Origin: Camelus dromedarius
Lineage: Eukaryota
Assembly (NCBI RefSeq): GCF_036321535.1
Contig: NC_087437.1
Location: 89,468,001 to 89,532,000 of the forward strand
Length of the DNA: 64,000 nucleotides
Direction of reading: 5' to 3'
In this document: piece by piece, positions 12,660 to 26,409 of the stretch
Layout: every line of letters starts with the position of its first letter
Position numbering within the stretch: position 1 is the first letter of the stretch
Translations under genes and position numbers: made by a program
Notes under the pieces: generated by a model
What the model was told of the DNA's origin: nothing
What the model saw: the letters and a program-made list of their open reading frames with translations, nothing else
Database searches by the model: none

Positions 12660-13850
12660 GTTAATTCACTCATTCACTATTCATTTAACAAATCCTGAAC
12701 TCATAGCAATGAAATACTAGGCCCCTGTTAGTTCATGTGTTAGGTAGTTAGACAGAAATGAGCACTGGGCAGGGGAGAAGAAGGTGGAGGGAGCAACCCA
12801 GAAGGTAACAGTACACCTGCGCTCAGGATAAGGGGCTTCAAAGAGTTTTACTTTCTCTAAATGAGTGTCAGTAAAGAAGCGGACGCTGCGGGCAGTAGAG
12901 AGAAGGACCTGACTTAACATAACCCAATGCTCATTATAATGTAATTAGCATTGCGGTTTAGAACCCCTCCTGTAGGTTTTTCTGTGTTCACCATGGTAAG
13001 AACATGTGCAAAGAAGATGCGTGTGCCTGTGCACTCAGGGGACCTGAGCCGTCAATCAATCACAAGAACAGCCCCTAAGCCAGGATACAAGACAGGAGAA
13101 ACAAAGGAGCAATGCCATTTTCCTCTTTTGGGTTGGACCCCTTCAATTCTCAAAGGTGTACTTTGCTTTGCTAACTTTTGCTTTACTAATAAAACTTTCT
13201 GCTTATACCACTCTTTCAGTCTCCCATTTAAATTATTCTCGGGTAAAACAAGAACTGGGGTCTTCTCCCTTCCCCCTTTGGGGTAACACATGGAACTAAC
13301 AATCTAATAGGAAGAAAACAAGTAATAAATATGTATGTATGTAAGATGATTTCAGATGGCAATGGAATATATCATGCAGAAATTAAACAGGAAAATGTGT
13401 ACAGGTTGTCTTGGAGTTGGCTACTACTTTAGCTGGAATATGAAGACAGTACTTTAAAGAGAACATTTTTGGTGAGATGAGAAGGATGGAAAGGTCCAGG
13501 AGAACAAAGATCAAAGAAAAAAACAATTGAGGCAAGGATGCAGAATTTTGGACAGCCTGGTGGGATAGAAGAGGTCTGAGCGAGTGTGTGTAGTTGAGGA
13601 CAGAAGGACAAGGGTGGACTGAAAGTGATCAGGGAGAATTTGTTGGGTGCGGTGGGGGAAATTTTTTTAAAAAGATGAAGTGGTGGGTAAGAGAAGAAAT
13701 ATCCCATTCATGGAAAGTCCCAGTCTGTGGAAAAAATTGTATTTTATTTTAAACATAATCAGAAGCCTTTGGGAGTGAGAGATCTAAGAGGGTCAATGGT
13801 ACAATTTGGTTTACATATCTAAATGCTTATCCTAACTAGTCGGAGGTCAG
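12660..13850 (-). mobile_element. L2 LINE fragment interrupted by the solo LTR at 12738-13288
   Basis: ttcactcattcactattcatttaacaaat before the LTR; resumes gaactaacaatctaataggaag...gatttcagatgg after it. Confidence 0.65.
12738..13288 (+). mobile_element. Solo ERV LTR, 551 bp (probably class I/ERV1)
   Basis: TGTTA...TAACA inverted ends; 4-bp TSD CATG (12734-12737, 13289-13292); AATAAA at 13188-13193. Confidence 0.92.
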
Positions 13851-14009
13851 AGAGAGAGAGTCAGTCCTTGTCTGGTGGCAAAAGCTACGAGACATAAAAC
13901 TTCAAAATAGTCAGGAGCCATATCCCCACTTTGTGGAAGAAGTCAAGCCATAATTCAAATTAAGCTAACAATCAGAAAGAAGCAAAAATGGAAGGCAGTA
14001 AAGGTTCTG

Positions 14010-14770
14010 CATTTGTTATCTACAGATGCAGAACAGCAGATAAGTGACCTGAAGTATCACAAACTTAGAACAGCACTCATTTGTTATCTCACAGTTGCTG
14101 TGGGTCAGAAATCTGGCACAACGTGTCCTGGGCCTCTACTTCAGCATCTCCCACGGGCTGTATAGCAAGATGTCCACTGGGCTTTAGATCTTGGATTTGC
14201 TTCCAAGATCGTGTGACTGAGAGAAGGATTCCATTTCTCAAAGGTTGTGAGAAAACTGACAAGGTCAATTACTCACTGACTATTGGCCATAGGCTGCCCT
14301 CAGTTCCTTGCCACATGGGCTTCTCCAATAAGGCAGCCTGCTTCATAAAAACATGCGTTCTGATAAATCAATTACACTTCAATTAAAAATTAGGGGGGGG
14401 GGACCCAAAACAACGCATGCTGAGAAAACAACAGAGAAAGTCTACTAGAAGGACAGAGGTCAGAGTCTTTGAAAACCTATTCGTGGAAGTGGCATTCCAT
14501 AATTTTTGCCATATTCTACCTTTTAGAAACAAACCACTAGATCCAGCCCATACTCAAAGGGAGAGGACACACGGGCAGGAATACCAGAAGGCAGGGATCA
14601 TTTAAAGTGATATTCAATGACTCCCCCCCCCCCCAGTCTGTCCTCTGGCCTCCAATGATTCACATCTCTCTCAATGTAGAATATCCCCTCTCACCCTCTC
14701 AAGGTCCCCAGAAGTCTCACTCCATTATAGCAGATCAAAGTCAAGAATATTCATCACTGAACTCAGTTCT
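14010..14770 (-). mobile_element. MaLR LTR (MLT1F/G-like) with adjoining MLT-int 3' end
   Basis: ttatctcacagttgctgtgggtcagaaatctggcac and ccagcccatactcaaaggg are LTR motifs; cagtctgtcctctggcctccaatgattcacatc resembles MLT-int. Confidence 0.8.
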
Positions 14771-15241
14771 AGCTCATTGTTCAAGACCTCTCAGTCTGTT
14801 ACCTGTGACTCTAAGCCTAACCCCGTGATACCTATTGACAAACTTCCCAAGTTCCTTCACCGCATATTTATTTGTAGGATTACATAAAATGGTTTCTATT
14901 TTAAGCAACTAGACTTCTGCTGTACAGTAATTGAGAACCAGGCAAATTTACTAGGCGTTCCAGTTCTTAGAACAACAGGAGTGCTGGACCACAAAATATA
15001 CTCTGTGATAGGAACACATCAAAAGTCTTGAAGCAAAACATCTTTAGGTTTCATGGTCAGATGCTCAGAACACTTTCCTCTGGGAGAACTGACACTGAAG
15101 GCCAAACAGCCACAGTGCACACAACACACTGGGTAGGCATGAGCACCGACCCTGATGCTTACGGAAGGTGTTCTGTATTTCTACATGGGGCGCACAGGTG
15201 AAGCCAGAGACTGCAGATAAGGGGGTAACTCTGATAATCAC

Positions 15242-15764
15242 TGAAGGGTAGCAGAATATGATGCCCCAAAATATGCTGCTTTGGTATATTGATTTTTTTT
15301 TTGCACTGTAGACACCTGATAAACAACAAATGCAGGGAGAGGCTTTCTCTAAATTCCCCTTATCGGCCAAAAACCATATTCTCCAAGAGGAACTCAATTG
15401 TCATAAACCCCTCCCTGGCAGTTTCATCAACCAGGGAAGACTGGCTCCCAGGGGAGGGGACTACCACACCCAGACAAACTTTGTCACAAAGGTTTTTGTT
15501 TCTTCTAAAAGCCCATTCATCTTTCCAAAAAAATCATTTACTCCACCTTAAAAGAGTATTTTACTATCAAGATGGCATTTAATCCTGAATTATAAACCAC
15601 CTTGAAGAGTTACTCACTTTTCCCTGGGCATCAGTCAGGTATATGTGAGTTTTATGTGTTAATAAACTTCAGTTTCTTTTTCTCTTATTAATCTGTCTTT
15701 TGTTATAGAAGTCTCAACCAAGAACTCAGAAGGGTAGAAGGAACGTGGCTTTTCTTTCTCTACA
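15242..15764 (+). mobile_element. ERV1 solo LTR (MER34/MER39-like)
   Basis: tgaagggtagcagaatatgatgccccaaaatatgctgctttgg start; AATAAA at 15661; ends ttctctaca. Confidence 0.82.
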
Positions 15765-16339
15765 CCTCTCATATGAACTGCATTATTTCTGCAAACATCA
15801 AGATGGGATGGAAGACACACTGTTTCTGAGTTCCCCATTCCTCTCCAACTTTCTCACGTAGAGCGGGGAACAAGGAAGTAACATCAAGCAGCTCACTGTT
15901 CAAGAAGACTACTGCAGAACCCTGAATGCTACTGAAACTCCTCTCCCCTTTCATAGTTTAGAAAAGACATCAACTACCTAGAGGTCTGAAGGTGGGTGAA
16001 TCTGTTCAGCATGGCTGTGTCTCACACGGCACGTGGCTAGATTCCCAAGTCTTCAAACCAACGAAGAGTTGACTTTTGCTTATGAGGTGTGACCTGAGCA
16101 AAAGCTGGCTGGTTTTTAAAGAAAGCTTTGGACTGCCTGTAGAGTAGAGTTTCATTCAGTTAAGAAAAACAAAATGCATCCTTGATGGGCAGGAGATAGG
16201 AGAAATAGGGTTATCAGCCTGGCACAGGGGAAACATAGAAGTCAGGGTTTATGGTTGTGGCGGAGATTTTCACAGCAGGGTTTGGACTCGCAAGGCGAAG
16301 TATTTAATGCAAACTTTCTCTATGCCAGAAGGCTTACTC

Positions 16340-16880
16340 GTGGAGTCCCCCTCACTCTCTATACTCACTCCTGTTATTATTCAGGCTCATGACTTGAAAT
16401 ATCTTCCTACTGATGGCACTCAGCTGTCTGTCTCTGGTCTCTACCTATCACCCAGATACCATATTCCTATTTCTACCTGCTCACATCTTCTCCTGGATGT
16501 CTAATTGCCATCTCAAACTTGACATATCTGAACCCAAGCATTTGTTTTCTTTCTCCCTAATCTACTTCTCCTCCAATGGTCTGATGTCACACATAAGATT
16601 CCTCCATACATCTATTGCTCAGATTAAAAAAAAAAAAAAAGTCATATATCCCCCGTTCTTTCTCTCACATCACATCAGACAAGCATGCCAAGTATACCTT
16701 CAAACTCACCCTAAATCTGTCCACCTGATTCCGTCTGCACAGCCGTCCTTCTGATTCATGCCTCCGCCTTCTTTCCAGCGGGTACTGCACTAGCCCCCAA
16801 CTGGTCTCCCTGCTTCTGTTCTTATACTCCTACAGTCTAAAGCTATTGTGACCCTTTAAATGTAAGCTGGATTATGTTAA
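16340..16880 (+). mobile_element. L2 LINE fragment
   Basis: ctcctggatgtctaattgccatctcaaacttgacatatc and ccccaactggtctccctgcttc are L2 motifs. Confidence 0.85.
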
Positions 16881-18799
16881 ATCTGGGAATTCCAAAAAGG
16901 GTGTTTTCTATTCCTAATAAACCAGGTCAAGAACCTATCACTTGGAGATGTCACCTCTGCCCTCCTTTCCTGCTGGAGCCACATTGCTGGTAAACACTAG
17001 CAGCCAAACCACCTCATAAGCCTTATCATCACCGTAATGAGAGGAAGCATTATTTGAACACAGGTGTGTTACCAAAGAAGCCGTCCAGTCATTCCTGAAG
17101 TTAGCAGCAGTCGAAGGGTCAGTGTGTCTGAGAGCGGCCTCCTTCCCAAGCCTGCAGTATTTGTCTGTGACCTCCAGAAGCAGATTTGTTCCTGCCTCTA
17201 CTGATGGCTCTGATCACTCCTCTTATCTCCAAAGAGAGATGTGAACACTTCCTTAGATGCCAGTAGAGATAAACAATCACAGGAATGACACAATATGTTG
17301 TTAGACTGAGTGTTAGATTTATCCTTTGCTCATGTAGGCAGTATTAACTTATGAATGGGATAAGTCATGTCCTTGCTCAGAGCTCTCATTTAGTTCCCAC
17401 ATATTTCCCTTTATTCCAATTCCCACCCCACAAACCCATGGGTCTGCTGCACGTGGACTTGAGATTTTTTAGTCTTTTGGTAATAACAGAAGGTGAGTGT
17501 AGTTCAATAAATTGTCATGGGAATTGGTGCTATATTTTATTAACAATATACACAGACTGGGAAGGTTCGTCTGCTTTGAAGAGAAATATGAAAGGTAATG
17601 TGATGAAGTGACTTCCTATTGTAGAGCTTACAAAGCTCATTTTGTTTGTAACTTATTGTTACTTTCAGTCTTTATGTTTCAAAGGTTTTAGATTGCTCCT
17701 TAGAGTTTGGAATTTATCTGTCCAAAACATTACAATGTCATAAAAAAGGGGAAAATATCCTCAAGTTCAAACTTCTATTTTCTATAATAAAGGTATAAAA
17801 ATCCCACAGAACTCATTCTTCACGGTAGAATTGTGTGCCCCACAAGCTGAGACTCAGGACAAAGAACTGCATACATCTCCTCCCCCTCAGTTCCCAGCAG
17901 TTTTCATTTTCAAGCAACCACTACAAAGTTCTTTTTCTAGTTACTCAGATGAATACAAAAAAGATTTAATGCTCCAGGGCATTTTTGTGTTAAAAAAAAA
18001 AAAAAGGAAGAAGAAAAGAAATTGTATCACCTGAATAACTAATACAGATCTTAATGTGATATTCAACTTTATGATTCTAGTTTAGACAGAAAAAAAAAAA
18101 CAGATGAATTACATTTGCATACATACCAAAATCTATTTGACGCTTCTACTTATAATCTTTCCAATTAAAAAAAAAAAAGTAGACGCCTTTTCATATGCCA
18201 GGGGTACTCAATTTATGACAATATCTGAGTTTATCAACACCAAAATAACATTAACAGAAAATACAGTGCAAAAGGTAGAGCCCTCAACCATTCTCATATG
18301 AGAAAGCTACAGCTCCTGAGATTTGACCTGTGTTATTTATATAATTATGCTAGTTGTAATTACAAAGCAATTGTGAAGCATCAGTTTCCGTAGTTTGGGG
18401 ATCTAAAGTATTTGAAAGCATTTGAATGCACATGTTCCATCTGGGAATTTAACTAATGCAAAGGTGCTATACAGAGTCAGAAAATTCCCTTTGGAGAAGA
18501 ATATTCATCTTTTCAAAGGACTTCCATGTTAATTATTTTAAAACAAAATAATAGAAACTTTAACTGGTTACATTTAATTTAAAAAAAAAGCAGTAATTAC
18601 TTTTCTTAATTGTATACACTTCCAAGATGTGAAAGTCCGTATCCTTAAAGATGAGGAAAAAATCTGGGTACATGTATGTAAAAAAGCCATAGTCGTTTTA
18701 TTTTAAGCTTCGCACCACAAAATTAGAGCATGTTTTTCAACTGCTCAAGGTAAAATAACCCATAGATACATGTTATAACTTCCTTGTCTTTGTCAATGA

Positions 18800-19010
18800 C
18801 AACAGTAGTGTAATGGGAAGACTATTAATTGGAAAAACTGGATTTGAATTCTGCTTTGCAGCTCTCTGCTCCAATTATGGTGGGTAATACAGTGAGCTTC
18901 CTTGGGTCCCAGTTGCAGTACATAAAAGTTTCTTTCTGTCCCATGGAAGGGTAATTAAACTTGTTTCTTTGGATCTTATAGTTATAATAGGAATAACATG
19001 TACAAGCATC
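18800..19010 (+). mobile_element. MIR SINE (degenerate)
   Basis: cagtagtgtaatgggaaga...ctggatttgaattctgcttt tRNA-derived head. Confidence 0.5.
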
Positions 19011-19569
19011 AAATTGAAGTTAAAATTTTTTACAAGGTAGAGGTACCCAAAGATGGCATGGAAGGTAGGTAGGATACATATTCAAACTTAAGCTTTACTG
19101 GATGATCACGTGGCAAGAACCTGGGAGAGGAGACCCAAGCCTTGAAAGGGAGACTTAAAGCCTTAAAATTTCTACTAACCCTGAGATTTTATGTCTTCCA
19201 TATTTCTAATCTTCCTCAAATACAGCTCTTATCAGGACACTTTCTTTCGCAAACTCATGAATCCAGCAAACACTGTTCCTTTGAATAATTCCTTTGAAAA
19301 ATTCCTATCCAGTTCCTTTGAATAATTTTCATGGCCCATGATCTTTAAATACATTGATCACTCAAAAGTACCAAAGTACCTTCTACTCTAGCCAAGACAG
19401 TCTTCACCTTGTGCCACAAATGCACTGTGGCCATTATTATTTTTTTTTTTTTAATTCAGAATGCCTTCTTATTTTTCCTCTTCTGTTTAGGTTAATGTCC
19501 TCACTGTCCATAGACTAATTCTTTAAGATGGGGTTTAGCATTTTAAACACCTCCTATTCACCCCATTAG

Positions 19570-20047
19570 TGAGGGATTATTCTTGCCGTTAGATTATGGG
19601 AATGCCTGAACACACAGCATTCAACTCTGCACAAATGAGATAATATGAGTATTATCAATCACAAATACTCATAGCCCGGGGAGTAGAAGACCCTACATGC
19701 CATTCACCGCCCCACAGGGGTTGCACTTAAGAACACAGTGGACCACCAGAGACTGCGGGAGCTAAATTTTGTAGTTATCGAGAGGGTGAGGTGCCCCCTG
19801 GCACCAAAGGAGGGATACGGTTGACTTGTATGAATTATTCCATGGGCTGGCAGGGATCTGAAACCTGTTACTCAGGTATAAGCAAGAAATTTGTCTGGTC
19901 CCTTTAATAATAGGGTTAATTTGGCTAGAGAACCATATCTGTGCAGGAGCCTGGTGGGGAGGACAACTTGCAGAAAGGCCATCTGAGGCCCTCCAGACAT
20001 CATGGCAGCTCATAACACTGGACTTTCATATTAGGCCTAATACGACA
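19570..20047 (-). mobile_element. ERVL solo LTR (MER74/MER76-like)
   Basis: Reverse strand begins tgtcgtattaggcctaatatgaaagtccagtgttatgagctgcc; near-TSD attag/attat. Confidence 0.7.
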
Positions 20048-21539
20048 ATTATGTCTTATTTTCCCATAACCTTCTGATTAAATGAGATTAAAGTACACAG
20101 ATGTGATTTTTAAATTAGTATACTCATCTGTTATTTTCCCATCTACTACAGCTTTCATTTATGTCTAACTGAATAACAAGAATGTAAAACATTATTTTAT
20201 ATATGCATTTTTATTACTAATTTGATATTTTTGTCTCACTTTCTAGATTTCACATCCCTTAAGTGTATTGAATTTATAAAACCCAAACTTGTACTTCACT
20301 TTCTTTACTGTACAGCACAGAATACATAGTAGTCATTTGGCTGATTTAATCAGTCTATGGTTTGGGGTGGTGCTCAGGGAAGTAAGCCATAATTTGTAAA
20401 ATACCCACTGCATTCTAATAACTCTGTTCGTTCATCCTCACTTAACAGAATAGATGCGTTTCAGGGAAACTAATTATAATATGTATTCCCTTTCCTAGAT
20501 GATTTTCATTATAAAATCAGAGCTTTCTTCCCATGTAAAACTAGGCCTTAATAGACTGTGTTAAATATCACTTATGTGGAAGTGATTAAACTAATAGCCT
20601 ACATGAAATGCTGGGAAAAGGAAGAAGTATTAAACAAGAAGCTTATGGGCATTTAAAAAATAAAATTAAAATAATTGGATATCAGAAAGGAGTTATTAAA
20701 AGTTACATAAAAATTGGCTCATTTGTGTTTTAGCAGTTTTACTGGTATTATTGATTTGGAAACTACCACATAATCATTTTTAATTTTGTTGATATATTTG
20801 ACATGATTTTCTTAATACTCTTGAGGATCTGAAATACATTTGTAACATAGAACATATCAATTAATGTCAATCTGACTAGAATTTTCTTCTAGTTCGATTC
20901 TGTCTTTGGTCTTTCTCTGTACAAAGAATTTATTGTCTAGAATAGGACACAGAGAGTATGCTTATTAAATTTTGAACGGCATACAGTTGAGAGCTACGAT
21001 AATTGAAAGAATCAGATGCAAAATGATCTTAAGCTAGATTGCTCAGTCCAAGGAAACAAGATTAAGTTGAACAGGAATATCACAAAAAAAGTCTTACATT
21101 TGTTTAAAAATTGTGAAAATTACAGGATGGGTATATCTGGACGTGCAGTTGGCCGCAAGGTTCATCATGAAATGCCAGTCCTATAACGCTAATGTGATCA
21201 GTGGCTGGTGAAGCACAAGGTCTAGACTGATGGGACACATGAGTGCCCAACAGTGTGCTGCCCACACTAGGGTCTCCCTCTGTTGTGAATGTACAGAGAA
21301 CATGCCAGATGCATGAGGCCAGCACGTAAACGATCCAATGCATTTAAGGTGAGGAAGGTGGAAGAGAGAACAGGCATAGCATAATTTTTGAGGCGAATGC
21401 TAGGCCGTGATTTGAAAATAGAAGTTTTAAGGTTTCTGTGCTTTGATTTTGTACTTAATTATAAACTGAAGAATGGATACATCATTACAAGAGGATGCAG
21501 TGGAATAAAGCACGCACATACATGCATACATATCCAAAG

Positions 21540-21715
21540 CGACTGACAAAAATGACAACCAACACAAAGTTGATCAATACTCACTTAACAGGTTGTCAAG
21601 CCCGCCTCCCAAGTCAGCAGACTAAGAAAACAGAAGTATATCCCGAAGCCAAAGACCACTCAGAGGTCACCCACAAACACAACTTCCCCTAAATATCTAA
21701 CAAAGAGGTAACAGA
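21540..21715 (-). mobile_element. Old L1M 3' fragment
   Basis: actaagaaaacagaagtatatcc...caaagaggtaac resembles antisense L1MC/ME 3' sequence. Confidence 0.35.
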
Positions 21716-24700
21716 AAGACCCTATAGGAAAAGAAAGAGAAGACATAAAATAACAAATAGTACCTTTCAAAGCTGTGAACTTCAAAGGGAGAAAGTTTGA
21801 AAAGGAGAAAATAAAGCAAAGAAGTTGACAGGGATGGGAGGGGGACTAGAAGCAAAAAGAACTTATTAAAGTGGCTTTAAACTCACTGCTTTTTTTCTTC
21901 TTCTTTTTTTAAAGCTCACCCTAATTTATAATGCAGCTCTGGTGAAGGAGATTTTCCAATTTGCATATTTACTTTAAGATATTCCAAAGTGTCAGGCAAA
22001 TTGGATTTTTATTTATATTTAGCAAACTAATCATTTGCCTTGAGAAACAGAAAGCTCTGATGTTCCAGGACTTCTTTTTTCAACAAGAGACTAATATTCT
22101 CAGAATCTCCTGAGCTATTGAAAAACTCAAAATTGACAGAAAAGTGATTTTGTTATGCCAAAGAGCCTGACAGGTGGACAAAGTGTTTGAGGAGAATTAC
22201 AGTGACTTTCAATTATCTTTCCTTGGACACTTATCTGTTCCTCATGGTGTCCTACCTAATGAATAACTCTTCTGCAGATGGTGAGAAAACCAGGATTCTT
22301 AATTGCCACCAGGCTAAAATTAACAACAGTCATGAGCAATGTTAGGGGAAGAACCTGGTATAATATAGTTCACCTATCAAGAAGGGAACCTGGATATTCC
22401 CTTTGCTGATGTGTACTGTAAAACAGATGGTAAGGAGCATTTCAGCCTTATGAAATCTCATCAAATTCTACTGCTACTCAAAGCAAGAATTAATAAAAGC
22501 AGTTAAAGTAATTGTAAAACTATTTTCATGGAATTAATGTCTCTCAAACATGCTTTGATATTTATATGAGCCAATCCTCAAAACTACCTGAAAAGCCAAT
22601 TTAATTCTTACCCATATCTCAACACTAACATCTATAATGTGAATTCAAGTAACTTCAGCTGATATTTAACATTTAAACTGTACACACCTTCTCCCAAGAT
22701 TAGAGTTCATAGATTGGCAACTGCTACCATTGTTTCTTATATGATCTTGCAATTTATGAAGTGAATATATTACAAATAAATGTCAAAAAGTGGTGATAGA
22801 ACATATCGTGCGATGTTATCTACATTTGACATGACTTATTCTTATTTTATTGTAAATCATTCCATGCAAGTAATTTAATAATTAGGGTAGTAATAACAAT
22901 TGGAAGGAAAAGAACAAAAGTGGAAGGTAGAGATTGAGCAAAAAGAAGCATTTTTAAATAACTAGTTTTCAAATAATTTTGTAGATTTCAAATGATTTCT
23001 GTGCTTCAGCTGCCGGATTCCTGAAACTAAATATGACTACTTCAGAATCTAGTACACTGTCTTTTTTCTAATTTCATTTCTTAATCACAACTTGAAAGTA
23101 AGGAAATTGGACAAAAACAAGGCAGCAATCACCCACAGAGCCTTTTAACCAAAGTTCTCTGCTTAACTTTTGTTTTAGTGCTTCAACTTCTGAATATTCT
23201 AATGGTTTTGAGAACAGGAAGAGGCGGCCAAAGTTCTCTATTCCAAATCTCTCCTTCTATTGGCTAAAGAAGGTCTATAAGATTAAAAATTTGGCTGTAG
23301 GTTACTAGTCTAAGTAGGGACTTGAGTCTATATGGAGACAAGTTAGAATCCAGTGCACGCTGGAAGGTTTGAGATGATTTAAATTCCACCCTAAAGTATC
23401 ACTGAGCAGTAAGCAGGACAAACATATACCTAAATATGTCTTGCTGAACCATTTCCATCCTAGAATTTCTACATGGATTTTTTTTTTCTTTAAGAAATTT
23501 CTACACCAACCATAGGACTGTATCACAAAACTGGTCCAGAGTTAAGTGGCTCAAACAAAGAAAGAACTCCTAATTTTCATTATCAAATTCTCTTCAGTGT
23601 TGGAATTATCAAATTTTAAATATTTTTCTCTTCCATTAAAAGGTCTCAGAAAAGAAACAGTCCATCAGCTAAACCCATTCCAATGACTACCTGTCTGAGA
23701 ATAAGCAGCCTGACACGCAAACCTAGGGACTTCAGATTATATTTTGTTTTGACTATATTTATATGGAATGTTTAAAAAAAACCAAAAAAACCCAGCAAAA
23801 AAAGCCAAAAAGCTTTAACTTTTCCAGTTCTTCAGGTTGAATTTGAAGCTGGGAAAATTTGCAATATTGAAAATCTGTATATAATGAAAAAGACTGATTT
23901 TTTTTTTTTCATCCCTCAATCATGTTTCTTGATCACCTCTCTTCATGTTACCTACTGGATGTTTTTATAGAAAGCTATTCCGGTAAAAAATACAAAAAGT
24001 GAAATTAAATGGCTCTTTTCCAAGCCTTCTTGGGCCTTGTAGAGCAAATAAACAAGAAGCTATTAGGCGCTGTGACAGCCTCCCACTTAAGCCTTCTCTA
24101 TGAGATCCTGAGTAAAGAACTGCAAGAAAAGGATAGGAAATTAGAAGCTCTCAGCCTCCAGATGAAGTCATCATACTTTCTTGTATCATGCAGGATTTAT
24201 GTCATTGTACAAATACTGACTATCTCTTGAGATAGGGAAGATGTTCATTTCCTTGTGGGAGGAGTCTAGATGAATTTTCATTGTTTTTTTTTTTTTTTCT
24301 GTTTGTGTTTTTGGTTTTGTTTCTCATATTAACCTGGGGATTTAAATAAAGCTACTTTGGAAATTGTTTATAGAGTTGGCTAAGTGACACCGTGCTTTAG
24401 CAAAAATCTCCGTATGGCTTTTGAAAATTTAATTATGTCTTCAACCATCTGGATACTATTCAGTTGCACCTTGGTGTCATCCATATCCATACTTACTAGA
24501 AGTTGAAGGAGACAGGACTTGTGATGCTCTTCTGTAGTTTAATGGCCCAGATTTTTGACTCGTTATTCATTCCTGCAAATGCTCGTATGCCCAAATCAAC
24601 TTTACCCCAAAACACAAATAAAATCTCCCAGAGCTTGTGTTTCTGTTTTGCACATTCCATTATCTTAGATAACCTGTCTATTCCATCACAATGGAGAAAT

Positions 24701-25394
24701 GTTTTCCTTCCTACTTGGCATTAGATACGTACATTTGACTTTGTAATACATTTATCACCAATCAATTTTCAGCAGCTGAGTTTATTACTAACATAAAAAC
24801 GTGGAATGCTGTCTTGATGACAGAAAACAGAGAATGTCAGAGTCACAAAGACAGTAACTTGGATAGACAGAAAGGCTAACACTTAAATGCAATTTCCGAT
24901 TTTTTGGAAAAGAATTACTGGACCTCCTTTAGTCCTCTTCACTTATTCTGCTGCCCCTCAGGTCCTTCCATTTCCGCTTTTAATATTAGATTTCAGGAGA
25001 TTCAATTGACTGCCGTGCCCTACTGCCTAATCAGTCAGTAGAAAAGCACCAAAGTCAAGAAAAATATTTTAAGAGATGTCAGTTCCATAAAAGTCAACAG
25101 AGATAAAGAGATTTATTGCTTCTGTCCCCACTGCTGACCTGATTCTACTGGAGTCGGAAATCAGGAAAATCCGATTGTTTGTGTGTGGGTATGAAAGCAA
25201 GCAAGCAAGAGTGAGAAATAGATTTAGTTTGCAGGGGGGAAAGAATAATATTTATAAGTTGTCAGAAGTCCCCAGAAGTTGATATTTTACTGTGCTACCT
25301 GAATTTTATTTGAACTTTTTTTTTTCTCTACTGTTCGTACAAGAGAAGAAAACAAGATAAACTTAGGTGTAATATTCTGTTATTATGTTTGTTT

Positions 25395-25560
25395 GTTAAT
25401 TAATTCATGTAGCCATTTGATCAGTATTTATTATGCTTCTGTTGTATCCTGAAAATTGTTCTAGTCACTGGAGTTAAAATAGTGAACCATCCTGATTCGG
25501 CTCTACTCCTGTATTACACAGCCTAAGGGAAAACACTCACACGAATCAGTCATTTCACAT
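25395..25560 (-). mobile_element. L2 LINE 3' fragment
   Basis: cagtatttattatgcttctgttgtatcctgaaaattgttctagtcactggag. Confidence 0.6.
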
Positions 25561-26409
25561 ACAGAAAGATGAAAGGGATGGGAATAGAGCAAGAACGCGA
25601 GAAGAAGCTGCTCAAATTGGAGACCAATCAGCTCCAGCCGTTTCTGTAATTATTAGGTACCTTTTAAATCAGATCTAGGTTAGAAGAAGCTGTGGGTCCA
25701 AACTGAATCCCTGGGTGGTCGGAGGGCCATCCAAGATATTGGTATCGAGATTTTTCTGGGGTGGAATCATTTAGAGATCATGTTAGCATCCTTCCATTTA
25801 CAGAATTAAAAATATGCAGCTCAGAGGGGTTGATTTATTCACGTGGCTCATTATTAATAGTGTGAAAAACAAAATATCATTTCTTGTGCTATTTCATGGC
25901 AAATTCTGGCAAAATGTTTTAATGGCCCTTTATCTAAACAGCTTCTTTCAAAAACTATTCCTGTTGTAAAGGTAACAGGAGTGAGTGCTACTGACTGAAT
26001 CATGTACATCATGCTTTGGTTTGTATAGGAGACTGTTAACTCAAATATTGCTATTTACACATATCTCAAGTCTTACAATACATATACGTGTTAATACCAA
26101 ACACTTGAGGCCTGTTTACTGCCACGCCCACAATCACACTCAACACTTTAAATATTCTAGTAATTAATTGGTTGATTCAACCAGCAGGAACTACCCATAC
26201 ACTTCAAGCTAGGAATTCTGTAATGTGAACACACTGTTATAGCTAAGCTTTCAAAATACACTACGTCACACAATCCACAGTTCCTTAATATGATAATCAT
26301 GTCTATTTATTATTATCTGGGAGAGGAGAAAAAAGGCAGGAAGATAAAAATTACAGAGGTTTATTTTTATCAAACATATACATGCTCAAGCACTATGGGC
26401 CTGGTTAAA

